This document shows, in pieces, positions 6,077 to 13,474 of a stretch of 13,975 bases of DNA (within the stretch, counting starts at the first letter, position 1; every line of letters starts with the position of its first letter). The notes beneath the pieces are model-generated. The model did no database searches, was not told the origin of the DNA, and was given only the letters and a program-made list of their open reading frames with translations. The stretch comes from a virus: the IMG/VR virus record IMGVR_UViG_3300045256_000094; one strand, written 5' to 3'. The position numbers and the translations under genes were made by a program.

Positions 6077-6816
6077 TACCCACAACTCCAGGTCTTGCCG
6101 TTCCAGGTCAAGCCCTCGGTGTTGTGGGTTCCCGCCCGCAGCTTTTCAAGTCGCTGGCCGATGATCTCGTACCGCTTCCTGAAGTTAAACAACGCACCCT
6201 CGTCGATCCCCGGCACGAACAGGGCAGAGATGCCGCCGTAGTGGTACACCTTCTCGAACAACTGCGGGTATTCCACAACATCGTAGCCGAGCAACTGAGC
6301 GGCGAGGTACACCATCGCCCCGCCGTCGAAGTATTGCTTGAACGGGATGTTCATGTACGGTGCCCACGAGAAGTGTTGCGTAATCTTCCTGATCTTCGCC
6401 GTGTTGAACAGGGCGAACGAGTGGTCGATCTTCTTCTGCCCACGGAGCGGGTATCCGGCGAACGTACACTCGCCCGTCGTGTGCGTGTCGGCCACGCACA
6501 GGGCGTTCTCCGTCATCTTGGACATCAACTCTGGGACGATTGGGCCGAGGACTTCCACGTCGCTGTCCACCGTCAGCAGGTACTCCGTGTCCACGGCACG
6601 CATGAGCGTGTCGAGGTTGCTACCGAAGTTGCACTGCTCGGTGTTCTGGATGAAGAAGTTGGCGTGACTTGCTGCGTAAGCGTTAGCACCATCCGAACTG
6701 GCGTCGTCGATGACGACCCACTTATAGTTCGGATGGTACTTGGAGAACGACTCCCACATGAGAGCGAGAGCCGTTGCGGTGTTCCTGACGGTGGTGACTA
6801 CTGTGACATTATCCAT
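6073..6816 (-). CDS. GT-A fold glycosyltransferase (family 2-like), soluble, 247 aa
   Basis: The N-terminus VTVVTTVRNTATALALMWESFSKYHPNYKWVVIDDASSDG is a typical GT2 opening. The DxD motif is in LTVDSDVEV. No TM segments. No clear SD before ATG 6816, which lies 12 nt after the HNH stop. Confidence 0.75.
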   Translation of the reverse strand: MDNVTVVTTVRNTATALALMWESFSKYHPNYKWVVIDDASSDGANAYAASHANFFIQNTEQCNFGSNLDTLMRAVDTEYLLTVDSDVEVLGPIVPELMSKMTENALCVADTHTTGECTFAGYPLRGQKKIDHSFALFNTAKIRKITQHFSWAPYMNIPFKQYFDGGAMVYLAAQLLGYDVVEYPQLFEKVYHYGGISALFVPGIDEGALFNFRKRYEIIGQRLEKLRAGTHNTEGLTWNGKTWSCGY

Positions 6817-6828
6817 GCCATAGAGTAG

Positions 6829-7605
6829 TCACGCCACGGCGTAGTCTTCGCAGAACTTACGGTCCACCCGCCAGTAGTCGGGCATGAACTTCGGCTTCAT
6901 CGTGTCGAGGAAGTGCTGCCTCCAGAACTTAGCGAACTCGTCGAAGTCCTTCACCTGGGCCATCACCTGCGCACCGAACCCCTGCCCCGAAGACGGAGGC
7001 TTGGGCTTCAGCTTCGCCAGTTCTTTGATCTCGGCGTCCGTTGGGACGTGCCCCAGGGCTTCCTGCAACAACAGCTTCATCACCACGATCCGGCCCGGCG
7101 GAATCTTGTCGCCGTGTTCCGTCAGTGAACGGGCCAGCCCCCGGACGTACATCTCGTCCCGGAAGTTCTCCTTCATCCCCGAAAGCGGGATGCCATACAA
7201 CTCCGAGAAGTGCTTCCGCTTCTTCTGCGACTCCTCTTCGTACTTGGTGTGGCACGAGGTACAGGTCGGCAGAACGTCGTGGCTGTTGTGCTTCTTGTGT
7301 GAGTTCGGCATGTGCCGCAGGAACGACCACGGCACGACATGGTGCCGGTTCAGGTCTTCCGTGGCCCCGCAGACGACGCAGTGGTTCGGCTTGGGCAACA
7401 GCGTCCAGGGGTCTTTCATCCCCCGACGGCCGCTCGGCTCGAACTTCAGCTTGATGGTGATCGGGTCGTCGGCCACCTTGTCGGCCAGCCCACGCTCCAA
7501 ATACCAGTCGATCCGCTTCTTCTCGCACCGGCCGGTAGGTTGGCCGTCCGGTGCGAGGATCAAGCAGTTGTCAAACAGAACTTGAGTGGCTGCGTTGTTT
7601 GGCAT
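6829..7605 (-). CDS. HNH-motif nuclease (258 aa) with extra N- and C-terminal regions
   Basis: CVVCGATEDLNRHHVVPWSFL...HNSHDVLPTCTSCHTKYE fits the CxxC...HH...N...CxxCH pattern of an HNH / His-Me finger. Confidence 0.75.
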   Translation of the reverse strand: MPNNAATQVLFDNCLILAPDGQPTGRCEKKRIDWYLERGLADKVADDPITIKLKFEPSGRRGMKDPWTLLPKPNHCVVCGATEDLNRHHVVPWSFLRHMPNSHKKHNSHDVLPTCTSCHTKYEEESQKKRKHFSELYGIPLSGMKENFRDEMYVRGLARSLTEHGDKIPPGRIVVMKLLLQEALGHVPTDAEIKELAKLKPKPPSSGQGFGAQVMAQVKDFDEFAKFWRQHFLDTMKPKFMPDYWRVDRKFCEDYAVA

Positions 7606-7611
7606 ACTCCA

Positions 7612-9318
7612 TTATACCTTGAGTTCAAGGGCGTCCATTTCCTTTTTGAACTTCGCCGGGTCGGCCTTGAACCACTCGGGTAGCAGGCTTCGCCGGGTGC
7701 AGTTCACAAGGGCTTGGAGGGTCTGGTAGCGACGGGTGTCGCCGATGTTCGGGTCGATCATGTCGTCCAGCACGGCCAGGGCGTCCTGATACGTCTTCAC
7801 CTTCTTCGCCTTCAGGCGACTCCTCAGTGAAGCGTAGGACGCCGCCGAGTAGTCCTTCGTGACTTCGACCAACTTCTGCATCTCGCCTTCGTTCAGGTCG
7901 ATCCCGACCGGCTTCATCATCCAGTGGATGAAGTCCTTCTGGTCTTCGCCTTCCGGGTCGAGGATCGGAATGATGAGATCGCCCACCCGCCCCGGACGCC
8001 GGATGTCGGCACTGAGGAGGTTGATCCGGGCCGTCATGAGCAGCCACACGATCTTACCCTTCAGGCGGGGGTCGGACATCATCGCCTGAATCTTGCCGGT
8101 CAGCCGCCGCTCCGTCTCGTGCGTATCTGCCCCGACGCCGCCGAACTGAGTGTCGGCCTCATCAACGAAGATGGCGAGCCGGTCCAGGGCTTCGGCCACC
8201 CGGCGGATTCGCTCGAAGGTCACGTCCGTCTGGCCGAACCACTGGCTGCGGAGGTTCTTCAACACCATCACCGGCATGTCCAACTCGGTGACGGCTGCCT
8301 CCATGATGAACGTCTTACCGCCGCCGATGGGACCGCCGATGGCGGCACCGGCCAGGGCTTCGTCCCCGCCCGCCTTGATCCGGGGGATGAACTCGTCCCG
8401 GAGGAACTTCTTGATCTGGCGGAAGCCCACCACGTCGTCGAGCCGGTGGTTCGGCTTCTTGAACTCCACCACGTCTTCACCAATCTGAGACGTGATGAAC
8501 TCGGCCACCTTGTCCACCACGTCGGCGACGGTGATGCCTTCGCCGTCGCAAAGCAGTTGGCGGTAGCCGTGCAGCGACAGCCCGGCCGTCATCTCGTCGA
8601 TACGGTCGAGCGTCTTGAGGTTCGGGAACACCGTCGTGCGGAACTGCCGCCGCTCCTCGACGTTCGGGCTGGAGATTTGGACTTCCAGCAGTTGCGGAAG
8701 TTGGGCGATAGATGAGTTAATCAACCCACGGGTTTCCGCCATGAAGATCACGCTGTCGTGACCGTTCATGAACTTCGGGTCGCTGAGCCAGTCCTGCACC
8801 ACGGCGATGCGCCGCCGGTCGGCCCAGCCCAGGGTCGCCGTCTGGCCGACGGGCAGGAGGAAGTCCGCCGCCTCAATCACGATGACGAGATCGTTCTTCA
8901 GCTTCATCTTGCGGCCGACCAGGGCGAGTTGCCGCAGGAACTCCATCGCCAGGGTCGGGTTCTCGACGGTCTGTCCGATCAGCGTGTCGAAGTCGTTGGG
9001 GTTCGGGGCGGTTTCCTTCTGTCGGGCCAGGGACGTGACCTGCCGCCGGGGGTTGATGCCCTTGAACTCGTTGAAGGCGTTGCGGAGTTCGTCTTCGTTG
9101 TTGACCACCCGGACAGCCCGGTTGATCTCGTACACCACGACGGTGACGCCCCGGTTCGTCTCGGTGGCGGCGATCTGGCACTTCGTCGCAAGGTAGTCCA
9201 CTAGCGGGACGCACTCCTTGCCGTCGAAGAACAAGTCGTTGATGTTGCCAGTCAGCAACACGGACCGACTCTTGCCGTTGTTGATGATCTTGGCGAGCTT
9301 CGGGTAGAACTCCAGCAT
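7612..9318 (-). CDS. two-domain AAA+ ATPase (568 aa): degenerate N-terminal AAA-like domain plus a classical AAA C-terminal domain
   Basis: Walker A is GGPIGGGKT (8311..8337) and Walker B is LAIFVDEAD. The second region of homology is LLMTARINLLSADIRRPGRVGDLI, as in the classical AAA clade (RPGRFD). The N-half has LLTGNINDLF and VIVIEAADF where Walker A and B would sit, both degenerate. Confidence 0.85.
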   Translation of the reverse strand: MLEFYPKLAKIINNGKSRSVLLTGNINDLFFDGKECVPLVDYLATKCQIAATETNRGVTVVVYEINRAVRVVNNEDELRNAFNEFKGINPRRQVTSLARQKETAPNPNDFDTLIGQTVENPTLAMEFLRQLALVGRKMKLKNDLVIVIEAADFLLPVGQTATLGWADRRRIAVVQDWLSDPKFMNGHDSVIFMAETRGLINSSIAQLPQLLEVQISSPNVEERRQFRTTVFPNLKTLDRIDEMTAGLSLHGYRQLLCDGEGITVADVVDKVAEFITSQIGEDVVEFKKPNHRLDDVVGFRQIKKFLRDEFIPRIKAGGDEALAGAAIGGPIGGGKTFIMEAAVTELDMPVMVLKNLRSQWFGQTDVTFERIRRVAEALDRLAIFVDEADTQFGGVGADTHETERRLTGKIQAMMSDPRLKGKIVWLLMTARINLLSADIRRPGRVGDLIIPILDPEGEDQKDFIHWMMKPVGIDLNEGEMQKLVEVTKDYSAASYASLRSRLKAKKVKTYQDALAVLDDMIDPNIGDTRRYQTLQALVNCTRRSLLPEWFKADPAKFKKEMDALELKV

Positions 9319-9602
9319 TACTCTTCTTCCTCGTCTTGGGCGTTCACCACGATGTCGTAAGCCCGATTGATGAGCTTATCGACGTGTTCGGGAACAGCCG
9401 GGCCATTGGAACACAACTCGCCGCAGACACAATCGCCGTTCCGCATAACCTCCATGTTCACGAGGCCGGTGCGGAGGATTTCGACATCAAACGAGCAGCC
9501 GAGTTTGACGAGTTCGGTTGCCTTCGTTTCGATCTCAACGGGCCGCTCGATGTCCATCGGACGGCGTTCGCCGTTGGGCAGTAGGTATTGCGTGAACCTC
9601 AC
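9318..9602 (-). CDS. hypothetical small protein (94 aa), four Cys, acidic DEEEE tail
   Basis: GTG start at 9602 is preceded by GAGGAAG and overlaps the upstream stop (GTGA). Its stop overlaps the AAA+ ATG (TAATG). Cys residues at 36, 58, 60 and 64 (C-x21-CxCxxxC). Confidence 0.6.
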   Translation of the reverse strand: MRFTQYLLPNGERRPMDIERPVEIETKATELVKLGCSFDVEILRTGLVNMEVMRNGDCVCGELCSNGPAVPEHVDKLINRAYDIVVNAQDEEEE

Positions 9603-9715
9603 GTCTCTTCCTCTTTGACTGATTGGTAGGCGTACCAGGGAACGAGCAGCAGGATCAAGATCGTGTAGAAGTACAGTGCCAGCATGTTCGTGAAGAACTT
9701 CCCGATCTTGACCAT
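9599..9715 (-). CDS. 38-aa single-pass membrane micropeptide (below the ORF-track size cutoff)
   Basis: ATG 9715 is preceded by TAAGGAGAG with a 4-nt spacer (TAAC). Translation is MVKIGKFFTNMLALYFYTILILLLVPWYAYQSVKEEET. The hydrophobic core is about 20 aa. Its stop TGA overlaps the GTG start of the next gene. Confidence 0.6.
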   Translation of the reverse strand: MVKIGKFFTNMLALYFYTILILLLVPWYAYQSVKEEET

Positions 9716-9725
9716 GTTACTCTCC

Positions 9726-9968
9726 TTACTTGGCGTGCTTGCCGTTCACCTTCGGGCAGACGGCGAACCGCTGGTTCATTTCGTCATGGAGGACGAGGTA
9801 TTCAACCCCGTCGATCATCACCGTCTCGACCTTGATGGTGCTGTTGCTGCCCTGAATCCGAAGCTCGGTCGCCTTGCCGTCATGCTCGATGACCTTTGTT
9901 TCCTGGTTACGGCACCCGCAGAGTACCAGGGCGGCGGCGACGGTAAAGGCGGTCAGTAGTCGCTTCAT
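9726..9968 (-). CDS. small lipoprotein (80 aa)
   Basis: MKRLLTAFTVAAALVLCGC has a signal peptide and a lipobox-like L-C-G-C or L-V-L-C. GAGGAG lies 5 nt upstream. ATG 9968 overlaps the upstream stop (ATGA). Confidence 0.7.
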   Translation of the reverse strand: MKRLLTAFTVAAALVLCGCRNQETKVIEHDGKATELRIQGSNSTIKVETVMIDGVEYLVLHDEMNQRFAVCPKVNGKHAK

Positions 9969-10324
9969 TTCTTCTCCTCGTTGTTCGCTTTCACTTGCTC
10001 GTAGCGGATGTCCACCCTGATCCGTTGGTAGATGGACATGTAGAGAACGGCCGAGGCCCAGGTTACGCCGTGGGCCAGCACATACCCCCGCCAGTCATCA
10101 TACCACACCTGATGGCGGAATACGAGCATCATCAGGAGCGTGAACCAGAACGAGAAGCAGTATTCGCAGGTCGGGATGTAGCACACCTTCCGTACCAAAT
10201 ACGGGAGGGTGTGATCCTTGCACCACGGCTGGAAGTAGTTCTTCCGCAGGTCGCTGAAGACTTCTTCCTTCGTGGCAGCCCACGAGAACACCGCCACCAT
10301 CGCCCCGATGATGATCGCTTCCAT
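9965..10324 (-). CDS. three-TM membrane protein (119 aa), possibly DUF1360-like
   Basis: Start trimmed to ATG 10324 (MEAIIIGAMVAVFSW...), which overlaps the Pnkp-like stop (TAATG). The Cys-bearing TM segment IPTCEYCFSFWFTLLMMLVF recalls the C-x-W-C-x-S-x-W helix of DUF1360; this is from memory and unverified. Confidence 0.65.
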   Translation of the reverse strand: MEAIIIGAMVAVFSWAATKEEVFSDLRKNYFQPWCKDHTLPYLVRKVCYIPTCEYCFSFWFTLLMMLVFRHQVWYDDWRGYVLAHGVTWASAVLYMSIYQRIRVDIRYEQVKANNEEKK

Positions 10325-11271
10325 TAGTTGAAGAACTCCTCGGTGTGCATGTACTTGAACCCGCACCGGGCAGCAGCCGTCTCGTCCGTCTTCTGGTCCC
10401 CGACGAACAAGCACTTCGCCGGGTTCAGCTTGTACGTCTCGATCATCAGTGCCCCGATACCGGGGTGCGGCTTCCGGCAGTAGCAGTTTACCGGCGGGAT
10501 GTTATGAGGACAGAAGAAAAATGGAATATCCATCCCCAGCAGGGCGTTCGTCTTCTTGAACGCCTTGATGACGTTCTCCTCGGTGCAATGCTTCTTGGCG
10601 ATCCCGCTCTGGTTCGACCAACCGAGAACGTGATCCGGCTTGAAGTCGTCGATGTACTTCTTGATCCGCTCGGCACGCCCCGGCAGCAGGACGACTTCCT
10701 CCTCGCACGTCGGGAAGTCGAACTTCGACCCGGCGGGCGTGTCCCGGAGGTTGCCGTCGTAGTCGAGGATCAGTGCGCTGTTCTTGTACTCCGGCCCCCA
10801 GACCCGCTTGAAGTCCCGCTCAACCACGCTGGAGAACCCCTCGCCGGTGCGGGGCTTTTCGAACAGCTTTCGGTAGTTGAACAACGCCACCGGCGGGAAG
10901 TGGTTCGGGTTCTTGGTCGTCTTGAAATCCTCGGGCATGAGGAGCTTGCCTGTTTGGCGGATCATCCGCAGACAGGCGTTGAGTTGTGCGTCCTCGAAGC
11001 TCGTGCTGAGCCAGACGCAGTTGACCGGGATTTTGTTATCCTTCCCGACCTTGATGACCGACGCCCGGCTCTTGGCGTCCGGGTAGGTGTTGTCGAGAAT
11101 GAAGAGATTGCCGCCCTTCTTGATCCGCCGTTCGAGTTCCTGGGCCACGCCCTCCAGCGTCCCGCCCATCTCGTCCCGGTTGAGCCGGTCATACCCCTTC
11201 GCAACGTACTCCGCTGCGATGGTGGACTTGCCCGAAGCGTTGTAACCCAGAAGGACGACAATCTCGCTCAT
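10324..11271 (-). CDS. bifunctional P-loop polynucleotide-kinase-like / HAD-IIIA phosphatase (Pnkp-like, 315 aa)
   Basis: Start trimmed to ATG 11271 (GAGG 5 nt upstream). Kinase half: GYNASGKST, LNRDE and FILDNT parallel T4 Pnk GCPGSGKST, INRDD and IISDTN. Phosphatase half: LILDYDGNL (motif I), WSNQSGI (motif II), CPH...CYCRKPHPG (Zn-loop plus motif III Lys, as in GmhB/HisB-N), FVGDQKTDETAA (motif IV). Confidence 0.85.
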   Translation of the reverse strand: MSEIVVLLGYNASGKSTIAAEYVAKGYDRLNRDEMGGTLEGVAQELERRIKKGGNLFILDNTYPDAKSRASVIKVGKDNKIPVNCVWLSTSFEDAQLNACLRMIRQTGKLLMPEDFKTTKNPNHFPPVALFNYRKLFEKPRTGEGFSSVVERDFKRVWGPEYKNSALILDYDGNLRDTPAGSKFDFPTCEEEVVLLPGRAERIKKYIDDFKPDHVLGWSNQSGIAKKHCTEENVIKAFKKTNALLGMDIPFFFCPHNIPPVNCYCRKPHPGIGALMIETYKLNPAKCLFVGDQKTDETAAARCGFKYMHTEEFFN

Positions 11272-11273
11272 GA

Positions 11274-11609
11274 CTACCTCGGTTTCACTAAGTCGTAGTG
11301 GTAAGCCCGATCCGTCTCCACACCGTCTTCGGACAGCCCGATGCCGGGTTTCGGCATCTTGTACTTGGCGTCCTTCTCGTACTTCGTCTTCGTGTTGAAG
11401 TAGAAGTGGCGTGTCTCCACGCCTTCCTGAACCTTGAAGTGGATGACGACCTTTTCGGGCATCCACCCGTTGACGACCGGGACTTTGAAGTCCAGGCCGT
11501 CAACCTTCACATACTCCACCGAGTCGATCTCGCTGTCCAGGTGGTAACTTGACTGCGGGTTTGACACCACCCCCAATGTGAGGGCCAGGGTCAAGAGCAT
11601 TCCTTGCAT
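11274..11609 (-). CDS. small secreted protein (111 aa), unknown function
   Basis: Start trimmed to ATG 11609, with AGGAG in the 11-nt gap after the ABC ATPase stop. N-terminus MQGMLLTLALTLGVVSNPQSS looks like a signal peptide. The stop lies 2 nt before the Pnkp-like ATG. Confidence 0.7.
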   Translation of the reverse strand: MQGMLLTLALTLGVVSNPQSSYHLDSEIDSVEYVKVDGLDFKVPVVNGWMPEKVVIHFKVQEGVETRHFYFNTKTKYEKDAKYKMPKPGIGLSEDGVETDRAYHYDLVKPR

Positions 11610-11620
11610 CCTTCTCCTTG

Positions 11621-12526
11621 TTAGACAACACTGACCTTCGAGTTCCAGAAGGTTCGCCCGACTTCGGGGATGATCGTCTCGTTCTGGTCGAACACGATCT
11701 TCCTCAACTCGGCCTTCTGGTCGGCGAACCGACTGAAGTCCCTCGGGTCGTCCGGGTGAAAGACCGGAGCGGGTTGATCGTACACGATTGTGGCCCCACA
11801 TTCAACTCCCCGTTCCTTCATCGTGGGGCACGTCCAGTAGCGGCTCAGCCCAACCACCCGGTCGGCGAGGTAGAACGCCTCGTTGAGTTCGTGCGTGACG
11901 AACACCACCGTGTACGGTGGCGGCAGACCCGCCTTCTTCGCCGTCAGGTTGTCCTGGTAGAGCCGCAACAGCAGGTGTTGCAGGTCTTCACGGGTCGCCT
12001 CGTCGAGCGCACCGAACGGCTCGTCGAGCAAGAGAATCTTCGGCTTCATAATCAACGCCTGGGCGATGCTCACCCGCTGACGCTGACCACCCGATAGTTG
12101 GGTTGGGTAACAGTCCATCGACCCGTCCAGATCGAAGTCCGTCAACATCTGCTTGGCTTCAGCCCGGTACTTCCGTTTCAGGTCACGCAGCATGAACGGG
12201 CGGAACACCCGGCCGAGGAAGCTCGTTTGGTCGAGGATCGGCCCGACGGCCACGTTGTCGAGGGCGGTGAGGAACGGGAACAGGGTGTACTGCTGGTACA
12301 CGATCCCGCAGTCCCGGCTCGGCCCGATAACTTCCTTCCCGTCCACCATGATCGCCCCTTCCATCGGCGGGTCGGTGCCGAGTATGGCCCGGAGCAGGGT
12401 GGACTTGCCGCAGCCGCTCGGCCCGACCAGGGCGACGAACTGCCCGGCGTCCACGTCGAGGTTGCAGTGGTGAAGCACCCGCTTCGTCTTGAACCAGTGG
12501 TTAACGTGCGTGCAACGTAACAGCAT
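11621..12526 (-). CDS. ABC transporter ATP-binding protein, NitT/TauT (nitrate/sulfonate/taurine-type) family, with a ~50-aa C-terminal extension
   Basis: Walker A is GPSGCGKST, the Q-loop is in IVYQQYTLFP, the signature is LSGGQRQRVSIAQAL, Walker B is ILLLDEPFGALD, and the H-loop is VVFVTHE. AGGAGAAG lies upstream of ATG 12526. Confidence 0.9.
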   Translation of the reverse strand: MLLRCTHVNHWFKTKRVLHHCNLDVDAGQFVALVGPSGCGKSTLLRAILGTDPPMEGAIMVDGKEVIGPSRDCGIVYQQYTLFPFLTALDNVAVGPILDQTSFLGRVFRPFMLRDLKRKYRAEAKQMLTDFDLDGSMDCYPTQLSGGQRQRVSIAQALIMKPKILLLDEPFGALDEATREDLQHLLLRLYQDNLTAKKAGLPPPYTVVFVTHELNEAFYLADRVVGLSRYWTCPTMKERGVECGATIVYDQPAPVFHPDDPRDFSRFADQKAELRKIVFDQNETIIPEVGRTFWNSKVSVV

Positions 12527-12554
12527 CTTGCTTCTCCTGTGGTTTGGCGTTGAG

Positions 12555-13382
12555 TTACTTCCCGTTCTCGAACCACGGAGACACCTTGTCCCGCAGCTTC
12601 AGCAGCGACCAGTCGAGGACGTACCCCAGCAGGCCGAGGACGATGATGTAGTTGTACACAATGTTCATGTGGCTCATGCGGCTCTCGATCCGTAGCCGGT
12701 AGCCGATGCCCACGTTCGCACTCGCCCACTCGGCTGCGATTAGGAACACCATCGCCGGACCGACGGCCAGTCGCACCGACTCCACCACCCGTGGGAAGAT
12801 CATCCGCAGGATGACGTTCCACACTACCTCGAAGTTGCTGGCACCCAGCGTGTACGCCTTGTTCACCAACTCGTCCGGCACGTCGTACTTGGCGCTCTGG
12901 TACACGGTCATGGTCAGAGCCGGGATGATGCCGAAGGCGATCATCATCACGAACATCTTGAACTCAGTGCCGAACAGGATGAAGAACACGGCGAGCATGG
13001 CCGTCGGCGGGATTTTCGAGAAGAAACTGAGGACGGGATGGAACAGTGCCTCGATCTGGGCGAAGCACGCCATCAGTAAACCCACCAGCAGCGAGAAGGC
13101 GATACCAAGTGCCATCCCCGCCGTGTAGCGGTAGCCCGTGGCCTGCACGTCCTCCCAGAGCGGGATCGTGTGGGGCGGTGACTTGCTGGGGCTGGTGATC
13201 TCCAGCAGTCCCTTGTAGATGTCCACGACGCCCGGCATCGTGGTGTCCTTCGGGTTCTGCTCGTGCTGTCGGATCGACAGGAACTCGTAGAAGGCAAACA
13301 AGACCAGCACCGACACGATCCCGAGGACTACTTGGGTCGTCTTGGAGATGGGCTTGCGAATGACTAACTTTTTGGGTCGCAT
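12555..13382 (-). CDS. ABC transporter permease, NitT/TauT family (275 aa)
   Basis: Multi-TM protein with the EAA-loop region KAYTLGASNFEVVWNVILRMIFPRVVESVRLAVGPAMVFLIAAE, typical of SsuC/TauC/NrtB-type permeases. GGAGG lies 6 nt before ATG 13382. Confidence 0.88.
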   Translation of the reverse strand: MRPKKLVIRKPISKTTQVVLGIVSVLVLFAFYEFLSIRQHEQNPKDTTMPGVVDIYKGLLEITSPSKSPPHTIPLWEDVQATGYRYTAGMALGIAFSLLVGLLMACFAQIEALFHPVLSFFSKIPPTAMLAVFFILFGTEFKMFVMMIAFGIIPALTMTVYQSAKYDVPDELVNKAYTLGASNFEVVWNVILRMIFPRVVESVRLAVGPAMVFLIAAEWASANVGIGYRLRIESRMSHMNIVYNYIIVLGLLGYVLDWSLLKLRDKVSPWFENGK

Positions 13383-13404
13383 CGGTGTCCTCCGTGGTTA
13401 CATC

Positions 13405-13432
13405 AGTCTACCGCATCAGGGGTGGTTTGTAA
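13405..13432 (-). promoter_or_regulatory. possible promoter for the permease-to-GT2 operon
   Basis: Minus strand: TTACAA (13427..13432), 16-nt spacer, TAGACT (13405..13410), 22 nt upstream of ATG 13382 and immediately downstream of the terminator. Each hexamer matches consensus at 4 of 6 positions. Confidence 0.3.
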
Positions 13433-13442
13433 TGGGTTTGGG

Positions 13443-13474
13443 AAACAAAAACGCCACGGCTAACTGCCGTGGCG
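13443..13474 (-). terminator. Rho-independent terminator after the substrate-binding protein gene
   Basis: A perfect 9-bp stem (13452..13460 cgccacggc pairs with 13466..13474 gccgtggcg) has a 5-nt loop. On the minus strand it is followed directly by TTTTTGTTT. It lies 24 nt after the stop at 13499. Confidence 0.85.

Noticed and set aside
6124-6828. 234-aa plus-strand ORF opposite the glycosyltransferase. Similar shadow ORFs are 6884..7585 (+), 7924..8715 (+), 8758..9204 (+), 10345..11298 (+), 11618..12097 (+), 12098..12520 (+), 12178..12822 (-) and 12706..13128 (+).
   Set aside because: Each one overlaps a gene with clear family motifs (GT-A, HNH, AAA+, Pnkp, ABC ATPase, permease) on the other strand or in another frame. 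They have His/Arg/Val/Pro-rich compositions and no start context.
7611-7616. A perfect TATAAT on the minus strand 5 nt upstream of the HNH ATG (7605). This could give a leaderless HNH transcript.
   Set aside because: There is no TG extension and no plausible -35 at 16-18 nt. The hexamer contains the AAA+ stop codon (TAA) in a 6-nt gap, so it is as likely a by-product of the junction. I cannot support it without 5'-end data.
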